From: a virus
Strand: one strand, 5' to 3'
Virus record (IMG/VR): IMGVR_UViG_3300039405_000004
DNA: 64,000 nucleotides
Shown: one piece after another, positions 8,109-16,524 of the stretch
Layout of the letters: each line of letters starts with the position of its first letter
How positions within the stretch are numbered: position 1 is the stretch's first letter
Notes under the pieces: model-generated
Told to the model about the DNA's origin: nothing
Seen by the model: only the letters and a program-made list of their open reading frames with translations
Database searches by the model: none
Translations under genes and position numbers: made by a program

Positions 8109-8649
8109 TGACCCGTCTCCGTTTCCTGAAGCCGAAGGTGTCTTCCGCCGCCATGTCGCCGGCCGCCCGGCCCGACGAATGCAGCTCAGCGACCGCGAAG
8201 ACGGTGTAGATGCCGGCGCTGAGAGACAGAGGCGGGAAGGCCAGCGCGAAGCCTGCCGCCATGGCGAGCCAGAATATGAAGCCGAGCAGGCAGCCGATCG
8301 TCCGAATGAACGACGTCTCGCGACCGCGCCTTCCGTTGATGTACAGGGCTGTGATGCGAGCTGTGCCGACGGCTAGGGCGATGAGCCCCGCCGTTGGCTC
8401 GCTGACGTAGGAGGTGATGATCCGGTACTGCGGCCCGACGAACGTCGGCCACGGCATAAGGCACGTCAGCCCAACCACCCACATGATCACCGAGAACCAG
8501 ATCTCAGCCCATCGGGTCTGCCCGTAGCGGACGGCTCGCCGGATCCTGGCGTCGATAGCCGGGTCCGGGTCATACTGTTTCATGTAGAGCATACGGCACA
8601 CGATTGGCGCGGAGATGAGCCGCGCGGCGACGGGGATCTGGTAAGCCAA
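8083..8649 (-). CDS. Four-TM membrane protein (holin-region)
   Basis: Four hydrophobic segments; start uncertain (TTG 8649 after GAGGAG, or ATG 8583). Confidence 0.65.
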   Translation of the reverse strand: MAYQIPVAARLISAPIVCRMLYMKQYDPDPAIDARIRRAVRYGQTRWAEIWFSVIMWVVGLTCLMPWPTFVGPQYRIITSYVSEPTAGLIALAVGTARITALYINGRRGRETSFIRTIGCLLGFIFWLAMAAGFALAFPPLSLSAGIYTVFAVAELHSSGRAAGDMAAEDTFGFRKRRRVSASGSSAA

Positions 8650-8740
8650 GGGTGACTCCTCGATGCGAGAGCGATCGGGTGAGCCCCAGCGAGACGCCGC
8701 CACCCAGCATTCTGCGGCTGGGCGGCGCTGGAGAGTTTAT

Positions 8741-9067
8741 TCAGTGCGCCGAGACGCCCGGCACGCGGGCGGCTTCGGCCAGGGTGCTGACGACGTTGTC
8801 GGCCGGGATCTCTTCGGCGGTCTTGGGCTTGGTGATCACCGCATTAACCTGCGGGAGGGCGGCCGCGTCCTTGATGATCGCGTGCGGTCGGTTGCGCCAC
8901 ACGCCCCACACGGCCACGCCAGCACCGATGACGGTGCCGACAACGGCCAGCGCCTCGGGGCCGGCGAGGTAGTCGGCGGTCTCCTTGCTGATGATGCCGC
9001 GCGAGGCCGCGATGCCGGCGCAGAAGCTGATGAAGGTGCCGAGGACGGCAAGGGCCTGCGGGGTCAT
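8741..9067 (-). CDS. Putative holin
   Basis: Two TM segments ending WGVWRNR, in the lysis cluster. Confidence 0.65.
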   Translation of the reverse strand: MTPQALAVLGTFISFCAGIAASRGIISKETADYLAGPEALAVVGTVIGAGVAVWGVWRNRPHAIIKDAAALPQVNAVITKPKTAEEIPADNVVSTLAEAARVPGVSAH

Positions 9068-9074
9068 GGTCGGA

Positions 9075-9308
9075 TCAGCCTAGATGAGGGGCAAGGGCGT
9101 CCCACAGGTCCTGCGGGATGCTGTCGAGTTCGGCCTTGGTGAAGGTCTCGTGGTGCCAGAAGCTGCACCGCTGCAGCTTGGCGACGAGATCGGGCTTCAG
9201 GCGCGGCAGGGCGGCGTGGACCTGCGGGAGGTTCAGGCCGTAGGAGATGGCAAGGCCCTCCCCCGCGCTGATGGTGTGCGGGAGAGCCCAGGGGTATTTG
9301 CGAGCCAT
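9075..9308 (-). CDS. Hypothetical protein
   Basis: RBS and coupled position. Confidence 0.55.
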   Translation of the reverse strand: MARKYPWALPHTISAGEGLAISYGLNLPQVHAALPRLKPDLVAKLQRCSFWHHETFTKAELDSIPQDLWDALAPHLG

Positions 9309-9315
9309 CGCCGCC

Positions 9316-9801
9316 TCACTTCATCTTCGTGCCGGTGACGGCGACGGGCTGGCCGTTCACGATGATCGTCTTGGTGACGGTCTCGCCGACCTTCGGCTCG
9401 GCCGGCTTCGCGGGGGCCTTCTTCGCCTTCTCAGGCGCCTCGCCGGCCGTATAGGAGGTCGGAGCCGCGTTGCTCAGCGCCGTGCAGGCGATCTGCGCGA
9501 CCTTCGTCACCGGCACGCTCACGGAGGCGATGTCGGGGTTCAGGGCCACGATGATGTTCTGAACCGAGGTCACGGTCGGCAGGTAGCCGCAGGCGGTCTT
9601 GGTGGCCGTGCGGACCTGGTTGATGATCGCTGTGACCTTCTGGATCTGGGCGGTGGAGAGGCCGATGCCGGAGAGGCCAGAGGGCGTGGTCACGCCGCCG
9701 TTCAGGGCGTCGTTGATCTGGTCCTGGCTGGCGGTGAGGTTGCAAGCGCCGAGCGGGAGAAGGACGCAGGCGAACGCCAGCGCCCGAGCAATGCGGGTCA
9801 T
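9316..9801 (-). CDS. Lipoprotein (possible spanin-like lysis component)
   Basis: Signal peptide with lipobox LGAC. Confidence 0.7.
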   Translation of the reverse strand: MTRIARALAFACVLLPLGACNLTASQDQINDALNGGVTTPSGLSGIGLSTAQIQKVTAIINQVRTATKTACGYLPTVTSVQNIIVALNPDIASVSVPVTKVAQIACTALSNAAPTSYTAGEAPEKAKKAPAKPAEPKVGETVTKTIIVNGQPVAVTGTKMK

Positions 9802-10017
9802 TGAACTGTTTCCGATTTGGAAAAGGTTGCTCGGCTGGCCCCGCCGGCTGGGGAACGGGTGCAGAGGCAGGCTGAAGCCGCTCTTGCGCGGCGCGCGAGC
9901 GAGGCTAGAGCCGCGTTAAGCGGTCGAAGTGCGCTGCTAGCGCCGGGTTAGGCCGGTTCTGAAGCCCCGCGGGAACCGGGCAAAGGCGGTCGTGCCTTTG
10001 GCTGAGAGCGCGGCGGC

Positions 10018-10046
10018 TTTGCCTGGACGCGCGGGAGTGCTATATT
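10018..10046 (+). promoter_or_regulatory. Sigma70-like promoter for the tRNA-like RNA
   Basis: TTTGCC-N17-TATATT, ending 5 nt before the structured RNA. Confidence 0.55.
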
Positions 10047-10051
10047 CGGAA

Positions 10052-10171
10052 GGTCAGTGCGGCGGCGTGGAAGGACACGCAGGAGGATGAGCTTTCCTCA
10101 CCATGGTCCATCCGGCGGCGAAGAAGCCCGGATAACAGCTCAGCCGGTATCAAGCCCGGCCCGCACTGACC
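10052..10171 (+). ncRNA. tRNA-like structured RNA
   Basis: 11 bp closing stem GGTCAGTGCGG/CCGCACTGACC; D-like arm GCGTG/CACGC; anticodon-like arm GAGGA/TCCTC with 7 nt loop; long variable arm; T-like arm GCCGG/CCGGC. Confidence 0.7.
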
Positions 10172-10273
10172 TCATCTCGGAAATTGCGCCGCGACGCTGA
10201 ACAGGATCGACAGCGCAACCGCCAAGCCGAACAGCAGCGCGAAGAAGGTTCGCCAGCCGGGGTGATCCGACAT
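10172..10273 (-). CDS. 33 aa single-TM peptide (not in the ORF track)
   Basis: MSDHPGWRTFFALLFGLAVALSILFSVAAQFPR; TAATG-coupled to the endolysin stop. Confidence 0.6.
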   Translation of the reverse strand: MSDHPGWRTFFALLFGLAVALSILFSVAAQFPR

Positions 10274-10932
10274 TAGCGGTGCTTCGCCTTCGTCGTGCTG
10301 TGATGGACCGGGGCTGCCCGCTTAATGACCGGAACCGGCTTCTTCGGCTCAACAGCGTGCTTGTCGGCAACGGGCTTAGGCTTTGCGGGGGCTGCGGAGG
10401 CCGCTGGCGGCGTCGAGGGAGAGGCGGCTGTCAGAGTGGCAGCGGGAGCTTGCGGGGCGGCTACCCCCTTCTGGATCGCTGGGAGCGCCTTTTTGGCCCA
10501 CACCATGCGGCTCGGCAGGTTCACAATGCCGGGGCGCTCAAACTTGCGGCAGAAGACATCAGTCGCGTGGGACAGGTCGCGAGCCGAGCGAAGCGCGGCA
10601 ATTGCAGCGGCCTCGGGCCCGCGCAGCTCCACGCAGAGATATCCGAAGTTTGCCTCATCGGTTTTCGGATCAAGTTTCTGAGCCTTGCACCATGCCTCGT
10701 AAGCGCGCCGACGCGGGCCGGTCCACTGTGCCCAGCCGTAGCCGCCGCGCGAGCCCTTCACGACGGGCTTGATCTCTTGAAGGAGGCGGAACCCGCCGCT
10801 CTCGTGCCCGAGATTGCCGAACACGCCGGCAGCCTGAAAATCGGCCAGCCGAAACTCTTTCATCAGACGCGGGCCGTAGAGGAGGCACTTGGCCTCGAAT
10901 AGAGACACGACAGCGCTGGGCTTGAGGGCCAT
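10273..10932 (-). CDS. Endolysin, phage tail-lysozyme-like family
   Basis: QAAGVFGNLGHES...GYGWAQWTGPRR...FCRKFERPG; Ala/Pro/Lys-rich C-tail. Confidence 0.85.
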   Translation of the reverse strand: MALKPSAVVSLFEAKCLLYGPRLMKEFRLADFQAAGVFGNLGHESGGFRLLQEIKPVVKGSRGGYGWAQWTGPRRRAYEAWCKAQKLDPKTDEANFGYLCVELRGPEAAAIAALRSARDLSHATDVFCRKFERPGIVNLPSRMVWAKKALPAIQKGVAAPQAPAATLTAASPSTPPAASAAPAKPKPVADKHAVEPKKPVPVIKRAAPVHHSTTKAKHR

Positions 10933-10978
10933 TAAACTCTCCGGTCACACGCATGGCCGGAGGGCCCTATTGATAGGG

Positions 10979-11653
10979 CTAGGTCCGGCCGCGGATTGGT
11001 TCAGTGACGGCACGCTCTGCGGTCCAGCCTAAGCGGACGCGACGCATCAGCGTGAAATAGGGAATGCCGGTCTGTTCGCTCCAAGCAGAGACCGGCATCG
11101 TCTGACCGTTATGCGAGATCAGCACGTTGTTGCGCTTGTTGCGCCCTTGGGCCGTTCGCGTCGCCCAAAAACAATTAGATGGGGTGTAGCCGACGCCATT
11201 ATCTCGGCGCTCAATGCTATGGCTCTTGCTGGGTCGGGGCCCCATGTCGGCGAGAAAATAGTCGAGCCCACCGGCCGCGTCGTCTCCCTTCCGCCACCGA
11301 TCGCAGACCGTGAGGCCGCGAGCCCCATAGTCTTTGTAGCTAGGGCTTGCTGGGCTATGACACCGCTCAATCATCCAAGCCCACGTCTTGTAGAGCGGAT
11401 GGGTTAGCGGCGTACTGCCTCGCCTACTGAGGGTCTCTCGGTCACACCCGCATGAACGAGTGGCACGGCGCAAATTAGATCGCTGCGCTAAGATCTCGTT
11501 ACCGCAGTCGCAACGGCACCTGAAATACATGGCCATGCCGGTCCGGTACCGTGCCGCACCAGCAGGCTCCACGACGAGCAGCCTGCCAAAACGCTGTCCC
11601 GATATGTCGGCGATCTTCTCAGGGTCAACGGGCGATAGGATCATTGCAGTCAC
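10979..11653 (-). CDS. HNH homing endonuclease
   Basis: DISGQRFGRL, CRCDCG, YGARG..VCDRW, SIERRDN..GY.PSNC.WAT...Q..NKRNN. Confidence 0.85.
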   Translation of the reverse strand: MTAMILSPVDPEKIADISGQRFGRLLVVEPAGAARYRTGMAMYFRCRCDCGNEILAQRSNLRRATRSCGCDRETLSRRGSTPLTHPLYKTWAWMIERCHSPASPSYKDYGARGLTVCDRWRKGDDAAGGLDYFLADMGPRPSKSHSIERRDNGVGYTPSNCFWATRTAQGRNKRNNVLISHNGQTMPVSAWSEQTGIPYFTLMRRVRLGWTAERAVTEPIRGRT

Positions 11654-11697
11654 CGCTTCCGGTAGTTCTGCATCCTATCAGTTTTGAACAAGCAGAT

Positions 11698-11778
11698 CTA
11701 CACGGCCGTCAGGCTGCCGCCGAACAGCGGCTTGCGGACACGGTCGAAGAAGACGGCTCGGTCGAGTGAGGCGGTCAT
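11698..11778 (-). pseudogene. 26-codon stub resembling the N-terminus of a GH19-type endolysin
   Basis: MTASLDRAVFFDRVRKPLFGGSLTAV*, TGATG-coupled to the upstream gene; resemblance is from recall of alphaproteobacterial phage endolysins. Confidence 0.5.
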
Positions 11779-12263
11779 CAGTGCGCCACCTCAGAGGTGC
11801 CGGCCGTGAGACCAGCGCACCCAGTGACCCAGTCACCTAGGAAAATCGCCTGCGCAGCCTCAACGCCGATTTTGCCCGCGCAGAGCGCCTTGTGCGCGGC
11901 GTTCTCGCAGATGTTCTTCTGCTCCTGATTGAGCGGGCCTACCTTGACCTGAGGCCAGAGGTTGCTGGGCGAATTGGAGCCGCCAACCTCGATCGGAACG
12001 CGATCGTCCAGCACGCAGCCACCGCCGGCCGCACAGTAACCGTCGTGACGGTTGGCGAGGCCGTATGCCCGATAGACGGCTCGCTTCTCGGCTGGCGTGG
12101 CGTGGCGCCTGGCTTTGGTCGATTGATCACAAATCGTCTGGATCGATTGCGTCTCCACCGCCCCCGGCGTGAGTACCGGATCGGGCTCGGTGCCGTCGCT
12201 GGCGGCATGGGCAGGGGTGGAGAGCGACGCCGCGAGGGCGAGCGCGAGGATGGAGCGGAGCAT
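11778..12263 (-). CDS. Secreted protein with degenerate HNH-like fold
   Basis: Signal peptide (PAHA); PDPVLTPGA...LDDRVPIEVGGSNSPSNLWPQ. Confidence 0.7.
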   Translation of the reverse strand: MLRSILALALAASLSTPAHAASDGTEPDPVLTPGAVETQSIQTICDQSTKARRHATPAEKRAVYRAYGLANRHDGYCAAGGGCVLDDRVPIEVGGSNSPSNLWPQVKVGPLNQEQKNICENAAHKALCAGKIGVEAAQAIFLGDWVTGCAGLTAGTSEVAH

Positions 12264-12304
12264 GCGGCTGCTGCCAGGGGAGGCAGGAGGAGCCTGCCTG
12301 TGGA

Positions 12305-12835
12305 CTAGGGCGTTTCTTTCCCGGGACCAATCTCGGGAATGAACATAACCGGCTCGCCCTCCAAAAGGACGGCATAGTGGTCGCAACTGTCGTTTGGTTT
12401 GCGGTTGTAGGTCAGGCCGTTGCCGACGCGCTTGCCGCTTCGCACCTCAATGCGAGCAGTCCGTTGCCCATCAGCAGAGAGAACAAGCAGGTCACACTTC
12501 AGAGTGCGCACCAATGGAAAGAAGACTGACCAGCCACGAGTGATGAGATCAGCCGCAACAAGAAGCTCGCCCACGGTCCCTGCAGCGGAATGCGAGATCG
12601 CTATGCGCAACCCATTAATATTCGCACGAGATTTTGGCTGAATGACAAGCCCGCGCGCTTCACGGATCTCGGCGAACGACGGGAGTTCTAAACCTTCTTC
12701 CTTGAGGATGACATGCACTCTTTGACGCGAGCACTGTCCTATCTCTGTCAGTTCGCGAACCGTCCGCATTGGGTTCTGCTTGATCGCATCAAGGATGGCA
12801 GAGCGTGCGAACGTCGCTTTTTCCTTATTCGTCAT
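12305..12835 (-). CDS. HTH + PD-(D/E)XK nuclease-like protein
   Basis: N-terminal TVRELTEIGQCSRQRVHVIL; AGTVGELLVAADL...CDLLVL...IEVRS; lower GC than flanks. Confidence 0.7.
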   Translation of the reverse strand: MTNKEKATFARSAILDAIKQNPMRTVRELTEIGQCSRQRVHVILKEEGLELPSFAEIREARGLVIQPKSRANINGLRIAISHSAAGTVGELLVAADLITRGWSVFFPLVRTLKCDLLVLSADGQRTARIEVRSGKRVGNGLTYNRKPNDSCDHYAVLLEGEPVMFIPEIGPGKETP

Positions 12836-12844
12836 ACCGGTCTC

Positions 12845-12886
12845 CTGTTGACGCGAGTATGCCAACAGGGGTTGACGGGCGTCAAC
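12845..12886 (-). promoter_or_regulatory. Promoter/operator with GTTGAC/GTCAAC palindromes
   Basis: CTGTTG-N12-CAACAG (12845-12868) and GTTGACG-GG-CGTCAAC (12871-12886); TTGACG -35-like box on the minus strand. Confidence 0.55.
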
Positions 12887-13007
12887 AGCCGGGTCCATAA
12901 TGCGTGAAATCGGTGGGCGGATTGCTTGAAGCGGCCGGCTCGGTCGCTCTGTATCTGAACCTGATGGTTCGCTACGGCGTCACGAAGGATGATGCGGAGA
13001 GCTTGAG

Positions 13008-13457
13008 ATGAGCCATCCCGAGACAGATCAGGATTTCCGCGAGCGGCTTATCCGCATCGTAGATCGGCACCATCGCGCGGACGTGATGATCGCTAGCGGG
13101 GCTGGGCTGGACGGCTTCGGCCGTATGTATGGGATGGCCCGCAAGGGGCTACCGGAAGGGAGCTTTGAGGATCCGGTCGTGAAAGCCTTCCAGCAGGTTG
13201 AGCGCGACATGGCGCAGCCTGCCGTTATCCCCATGGCTCCCGGCGAGCGCCCTACTGAGCCGGGGTGGTATGTGGTCAACACCATCTTCGGCCTGAAGGG
13301 CGGCGACGCCGCGCAGTTCAATAAGGTCGCTCACATCATCAGAGGCGATGATGGCGCGCTTCGTTACGATGACAAGACGAAGAATGGGCGAATTGCCAAT
13401 CGGCACACCTTCATCGCCCGCATCTACCCTGACCGGATAGAAGGGAAGGCGCCATGA
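13008..13457 (+). CDS. Early-gene-type hypothetical protein inside the late region
   Basis: GGAGAG RBS; opposite strand to the flanking operon. Confidence 0.65.
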   Translation: MSHPETDQDFRERLIRIVDRHHRADVMIASGAGLDGFGRMYGMARKGLPEGSFEDPVVKAFQQVERDMAQPAVIPMAPGERPTEPGWYVVNTIFGLKGGDAAQFNKVAHIIRGDDGALRYDDKTKNGRIANRHTFIARIYPDRIEGKAP

Positions 13458-13585
13458 CCCCCGACATGAAGCGCCTGTGCGAGGCGGCAGAGGCCGTTGA
13501 GTACAGCTACCAAGAGAACTTGCGGCCAGCCGAGGCTGAGGCCGTCGTCCGTGCGGTTCTCATGGCGTTGAGAGAGCCGCAAGAG
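13454..13585 (+). pseudogene. Probably truncated phage hypothetical gene
   Basis: MTPDMKRLCEAA...VVRAVLMALREP, then runs into the antisense of the collagen-like gene; end approximate. Confidence 0.45.
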
Positions 13586-13774
13586 ACCTACGATGTCGCC
13601 GAAGCCGAGACTGACGCCAGGAGGCCCCTGAAGCCCCGTTTCGCCTTGGGCGCCCTGCTGCCCCCGAACTGTCACGGACGCCACCACGGGCCTTCCCTGC
13701 GCAGCTACGGCCACATTGGGACGCTGCCGGGCGGTTACGGTGAAGCGGGGGAGGTTGATGCCGCCGCTCATCAC
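13580..13774 (-). pseudogene. Short collagen-repeat protein gene lacking its own stop
   Basis: GQQGAQGETGLQGPPG, then reads into the antisense of + strand genes; boundary approximate. Confidence 0.45.
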
Positions 13775-14169
13775 GCTGTCCCCGTCCCAGGCAGGACGGT
13801 CAGTTCAAAGCGCGTGACGCCTTGGCGCTTGGTGGACCCTGCGGGGTAGCGATAGAGGTCGCCGAACACATTGGCCGTGATGCCGAGTCTCAGCAGGCCA
13901 AGAAACGGCGGCGTCCATGTGCGCCCCTGTGCGGGGATCAGAAATGTCACTGCCCCGACCGAGCCATCGGTAACGACAAGCGACTGATCCGACGCCGCGC
14001 TGTCGCAGACGCCCACGATAATGCGAGCATCATCCTTGAAGCGCGCGAACAGGCGATCTCCCGGCCCGATCACGAGCGGAGTGACGCCGTCCTCCTCAGT
14101 GAGGGTAGCCGTCCACTCGAAATCCTCCCCGTCGAAGAACGCATCGGGGCTGCTGGCGGTGATTGCCAT
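13771..14169 (-). CDS. Tail-associated beta-sandwich (BppU-like) protein
   Basis: Position after the tailspike; beta-strand-rich 132 aa. Confidence 0.55.
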   Translation of the reverse strand: MAITASSPDAFFDGEDFEWTATLTEEDGVTPLVIGPGDRLFARFKDDARIIVGVCDSAASDQSLVVTDGSVGAVTFLIPAQGRTWTPPFLGLLRLGITANVFGDLYRYPAGSTKRQGVTRFELTVLPGTGTA

Positions 14170-14185
14170 GGGCTAGCTCCGAACC

Positions 14186-16078
14186 TTAGGGGCCGACGTT
14201 GCCGGTCGAAGCAGAGGCGCCATCAAGCCCAGTAACGCACGTGCCCGTAGTCCCCGAGCAGAGGTTTCCGGTCACGGCCAGCTTGGTCGACCCGTTGCTG
14301 TTCACGCCGTTGGTCCACTGAGTGGCGACGGCGAGAGCGTCGATCACGTTGCCAATCACCGTGCCCTTGGACGACACGATCAGATCCATTGCCGGACGCG
14401 ACGAGCCACCGCCGGAAATCTGATTGCCGGCGATCGTGAAGTTCGTGACGGCGTTGTAGTAGATAGCACTGTTGGTTGCGCCGCCTAGGACAAACTGATT
14501 GTTCGTATCCCAGATGTAATTGATCTTCCCGCCGTTCAGCGCCTCAAATTTGTGCGGAATGCACGAGGTGTCGCTGACGGAGGTTTGATACAGGTGATCC
14601 AGATGGACGTTGGTGATGAGGCTAGACCCGCCGGTCCCGTCCGACAGCATCTTGACGTAGGAGCATCCGACACCGTCGAACTGAACCGCCATGGCCCAGA
14701 CATCGCCGATGTATCCGCCGGTTGTGGCGCTGAAGTCGAAGCCTCTATTGGCGGCCCACATGATGTTGTTGCCGCTGAAGTTGATCGCCGAGACGTTCGG
14801 ACCATTTGAGGTGCCGTTTCCGCCCGACGCCTGAAACTGCACGTTCGTGGTGTTGGAGCATGTTCCGTTGTTGAAGGTCGGGCACGGAGCGATGTTGCTG
14901 TCGTAGACCGCGATCTCGCCCGTCGCAGCGGTATTGCCCGTGCCAGCCGTGGCGAACCGAATGCCGACGTTGTTGCTGGTCCCGACCCCGATGTAGTTGA
15001 GCCCTCGCATCGTCATCTGGAGCGTGTTGACGACGTCGAACCCAATCGGGCAGCCCTGCGCCGTCACCCGCTCAATGGCGCTCGCACGCTGGGCGCCGGG
15101 GTTGAGCGTATAGCCATTGCCCTCAGGGACGTAGCGGACGCAGGCCGACGACAGGCGGCTCGGGTCAGAGATGGAAAAGTCCCGGAAGACGCTGTCCCAT
15201 GAGCCGAAGGTGTCAGCCGGAGCGATGCCGTGGATCTGGATGATCGCGCCGCCTGAGAAGGTGGGGCACGCGATGATCTGTGACCCACCGTTGATCTGGC
15301 CGGACCCTTGAAACGTAAACTGAACGGCTGGCCGGGGATAGTGATGGATCGGCGAGCAGACGTTCCAATAACCGCCCCCGCCGATGTCGACGGTCGGACG
15401 GCTGCCATCCGAAGGGTTGGTCGGATCATTGCCGCTGTAGGCGGCTTCCGCTGATCGGATGGCGGCGTTGATCGCAGGCGCGTTGTCGAAGGTGGTGCCG
15501 TAGGCGGTGTTTGTGCCCCACCATTCCGGACGATTGTAGCGCAACCCGAGAACCGTACCGCCGCCGAAGAACACCTGCCGCCGGGGCGCGGCAAATTCGC
15601 TTTTGATCGTGAGGGTCTTGCCTGCATCGACCGTGATGCGCCCGGCGCCTTGAACCTCAATGCCCTTGCCCTTGGGCATGACGATGTTGGATGCGACGCG
15701 GCAGTTGTTGCCGTCGGCCACGACGACTTTCCGGGTTGTGCTGTTCAGCGCCGTCCAGAACTGATCGATCAGGCTGGATCCATCGCAAGTCGCCCCGACG
15801 TCCGGCAGGGTGACGGGCAAGTCGCCGATCTTGGACAGCAGCGAACGCTGGACGGATGGGGCGGTCTGGACGCTCGCAGCCGAGACGTCGCCCGTCGTGG
15901 CATCCGGCTGAGAGGTGAACTTGCCGTTCTGGTAGGTGCCGAGGGTGGGGCCTCCAGGCAGGACAAGCTTGTTCGTCCCCGACGTGATCCGACCGGGGCC
16001 AAGGATCTGGTCAGCGTGCGCCGGCAGGACAGCAATGAAGATCGCCGCAGCGGCAGCGAGGAAGCGGTTCACGCGCAT
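14186..16078 (-). CDS. Beta-helix (pectate-lyase-like) tailspike/depolymerase with N-terminal signal peptide
   Basis: MRVNRFLAAAAAIFIAVLPAHA; DNAPAINAAI; Asn/Gly/Ile-rich beta-helix repeats. Confidence 0.8.
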   Translation of the reverse strand: MRVNRFLAAAAAIFIAVLPAHADQILGPGRITSGTNKLVLPGGPTLGTYQNGKFTSQPDATTGDVSAASVQTAPSVQRSLLSKIGDLPVTLPDVGATCDGSSLIDQFWTALNSTTRKVVVADGNNCRVASNIVMPKGKGIEVQGAGRITVDAGKTLTIKSEFAAPRRQVFFGGGTVLGLRYNRPEWWGTNTAYGTTFDNAPAINAAIRSAEAAYSGNDPTNPSDGSRPTVDIGGGGYWNVCSPIHHYPRPAVQFTFQGSGQINGGSQIIACPTFSGGAIIQIHGIAPADTFGSWDSVFRDFSISDPSRLSSACVRYVPEGNGYTLNPGAQRASAIERVTAQGCPIGFDVVNTLQMTMRGLNYIGVGTSNNVGIRFATAGTGNTAATGEIAVYDSNIAPCPTFNNGTCSNTTNVQFQASGGNGTSNGPNVSAINFSGNNIMWAANRGFDFSATTGGYIGDVWAMAVQFDGVGCSYVKMLSDGTGGSSLITNVHLDHLYQTSVSDTSCIPHKFEALNGGKINYIWDTNNQFVLGGATNSAIYYNAVTNFTIAGNQISGGGSSRPAMDLIVSSKGTVIGNVIDALAVATQWTNGVNSNGSTKLAVTGNLCSGTTGTCVTGLDGASASTGNVGP

Positions 16079-16524
16079 CAGGCGACGGTCCACAGGTTCA
16101 GGCCGTTCGAGTGAAAGGCGAGCTTCTGATAGGGCGAGCCCATCGACACGGACGGCTGGCCCGCGATGGTGTCCGCGCCAGCGCCAGCGATCGTGATGAG
16201 CAGGGTTGGTGAGCAGGCGCCGGTCTCATCGGCCACGTAGAGCGGCTGCCCTGCCGGGAACCCAGCGGCTGCCGGCAAAGTGACTGTGCAAGGAACGGTG
16301 AGGTTTGAAATGCCGACGTAGGTATCGCTAGCGATCAGCGTAATGGTCGTGCCCGCCACCGCTCGGCGACCTCGGCCCGCCTTGCCCGAAACATCGGTCG
16401 CGACGCCGGTAATGCGGGCATCCAGATCCGCGTCGTTGCCATTGAGCTTGTCGTAGGCAACGCGGATCGGATCGCCGCCGCCATTGTTGGGCAGAGCGCC
16501 GATGTTGACAGGCCGCTGAGGCAT
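16078..16524 (-). CDS. Tail-associated structural protein
   Basis: NIGALPNNGGGDPIRVAYDKLN motif; VTLPAAA...DETG. Confidence 0.7.
   Translation of the reverse strand: MPQRPVNIGALPNNGGGDPIRVAYDKLNGNDADLDARITGVATDVSGKAGRGRRAVAGTTITLIASDTYVGISNLTVPCTVTLPAAAGFPAGQPLYVADETGACSPTLLITIAGAGADTIAGQPSVSMGSPYQKLAFHSNGLNLWTVA

Noticed and set aside
10052-10171. Canonical tRNA-Ala(AGC)
   Set aside because: No U33, non-standard T loop, 11 bp acceptor stem and no CCA; kept as a tRNA-like ncRNA instead
12270-13590. A second clean inversion like 50128-51306
   Set aside because: The missing halves of the two colliding ORFs could not be found at the left edge, so only a recombination scar is claimed
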